Assembly: GCF_001194135.2 (NCBI RefSeq)
Contig: NC_068999.1
Span: forward strand, 24,419,520 to 24,483,519
Origin: Octopus bimaculoides
Lineage: Eukaryota
Direction of reading: 5' to 3'
DNA: 64,000 bases
Under the pieces are notes generated by a model, which searched no databases, was not told the origin of the DNA, and saw only the letters and a program-made list of their open reading frames with translations. Below, piece after piece: positions 63,799-64,000 of the stretch. The translations under genes were made by a program, and so were the position numbers. Each line of letters starts with the position of its first letter. The stretch's first letter is position 1.

Positions 63799-64000
63799 GA
63801 GCCAGTCATCACCAAAGAACGAATATGGCTTCGTAACATGTACCATGTTTTTGCTAATTGTTTTAGGTGATTATGTAGTCGTGCACTGACAGACATCCTC
63901 TCATCTGTTCCATCCTTTGACTCATCAACACATACAGAATGAGATAGCCAGAGGGAGGGAGAGAGGGGGGGAGAGAGAGAAATGTATTACCACATGGCTG

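Overview
Eukaryotic, AT-rich, repeat-dense genomic DNA with six N-gaps. The SINE families resemble the published octopus tRNA-derived and CORE-type SINEs, so a cephalopod (octopus) origin is inferred but not proven. The only well-supported host-gene content is two minus-strand exons of a tetraspanin (63465-63617 and 63006-63089), which the ORF track misses; its last exon was not located. A + strand gene may end near 20347 with a long 3'UTR (weak support). The rest is a mobile-element archive: at least three SINE families, decayed RTE LINEs, an R4/Dong-type LINE inside an (AAT)n array, Tc1/mariner elements of four kinds (mellifera-like DD34D, an irritans-like 5'-5' rearranged element, maT DD37D, TRT-like DD37E), and hAT-, piggyBac- and mariner-type MITEs. 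The most unusual items are a Penelope-type minimal hammerhead ribozyme motif (41723-41762, minus strand) and a 787-bp foldback element with head-to-head TTAGGG/CCCTAA arrays (59724-60510). All translations and alignments were done by eye, and no database search was run. No CRISPR array, rRNA or intact tRNA gene was seen. The long X-containing ORFs are gap artefacts.
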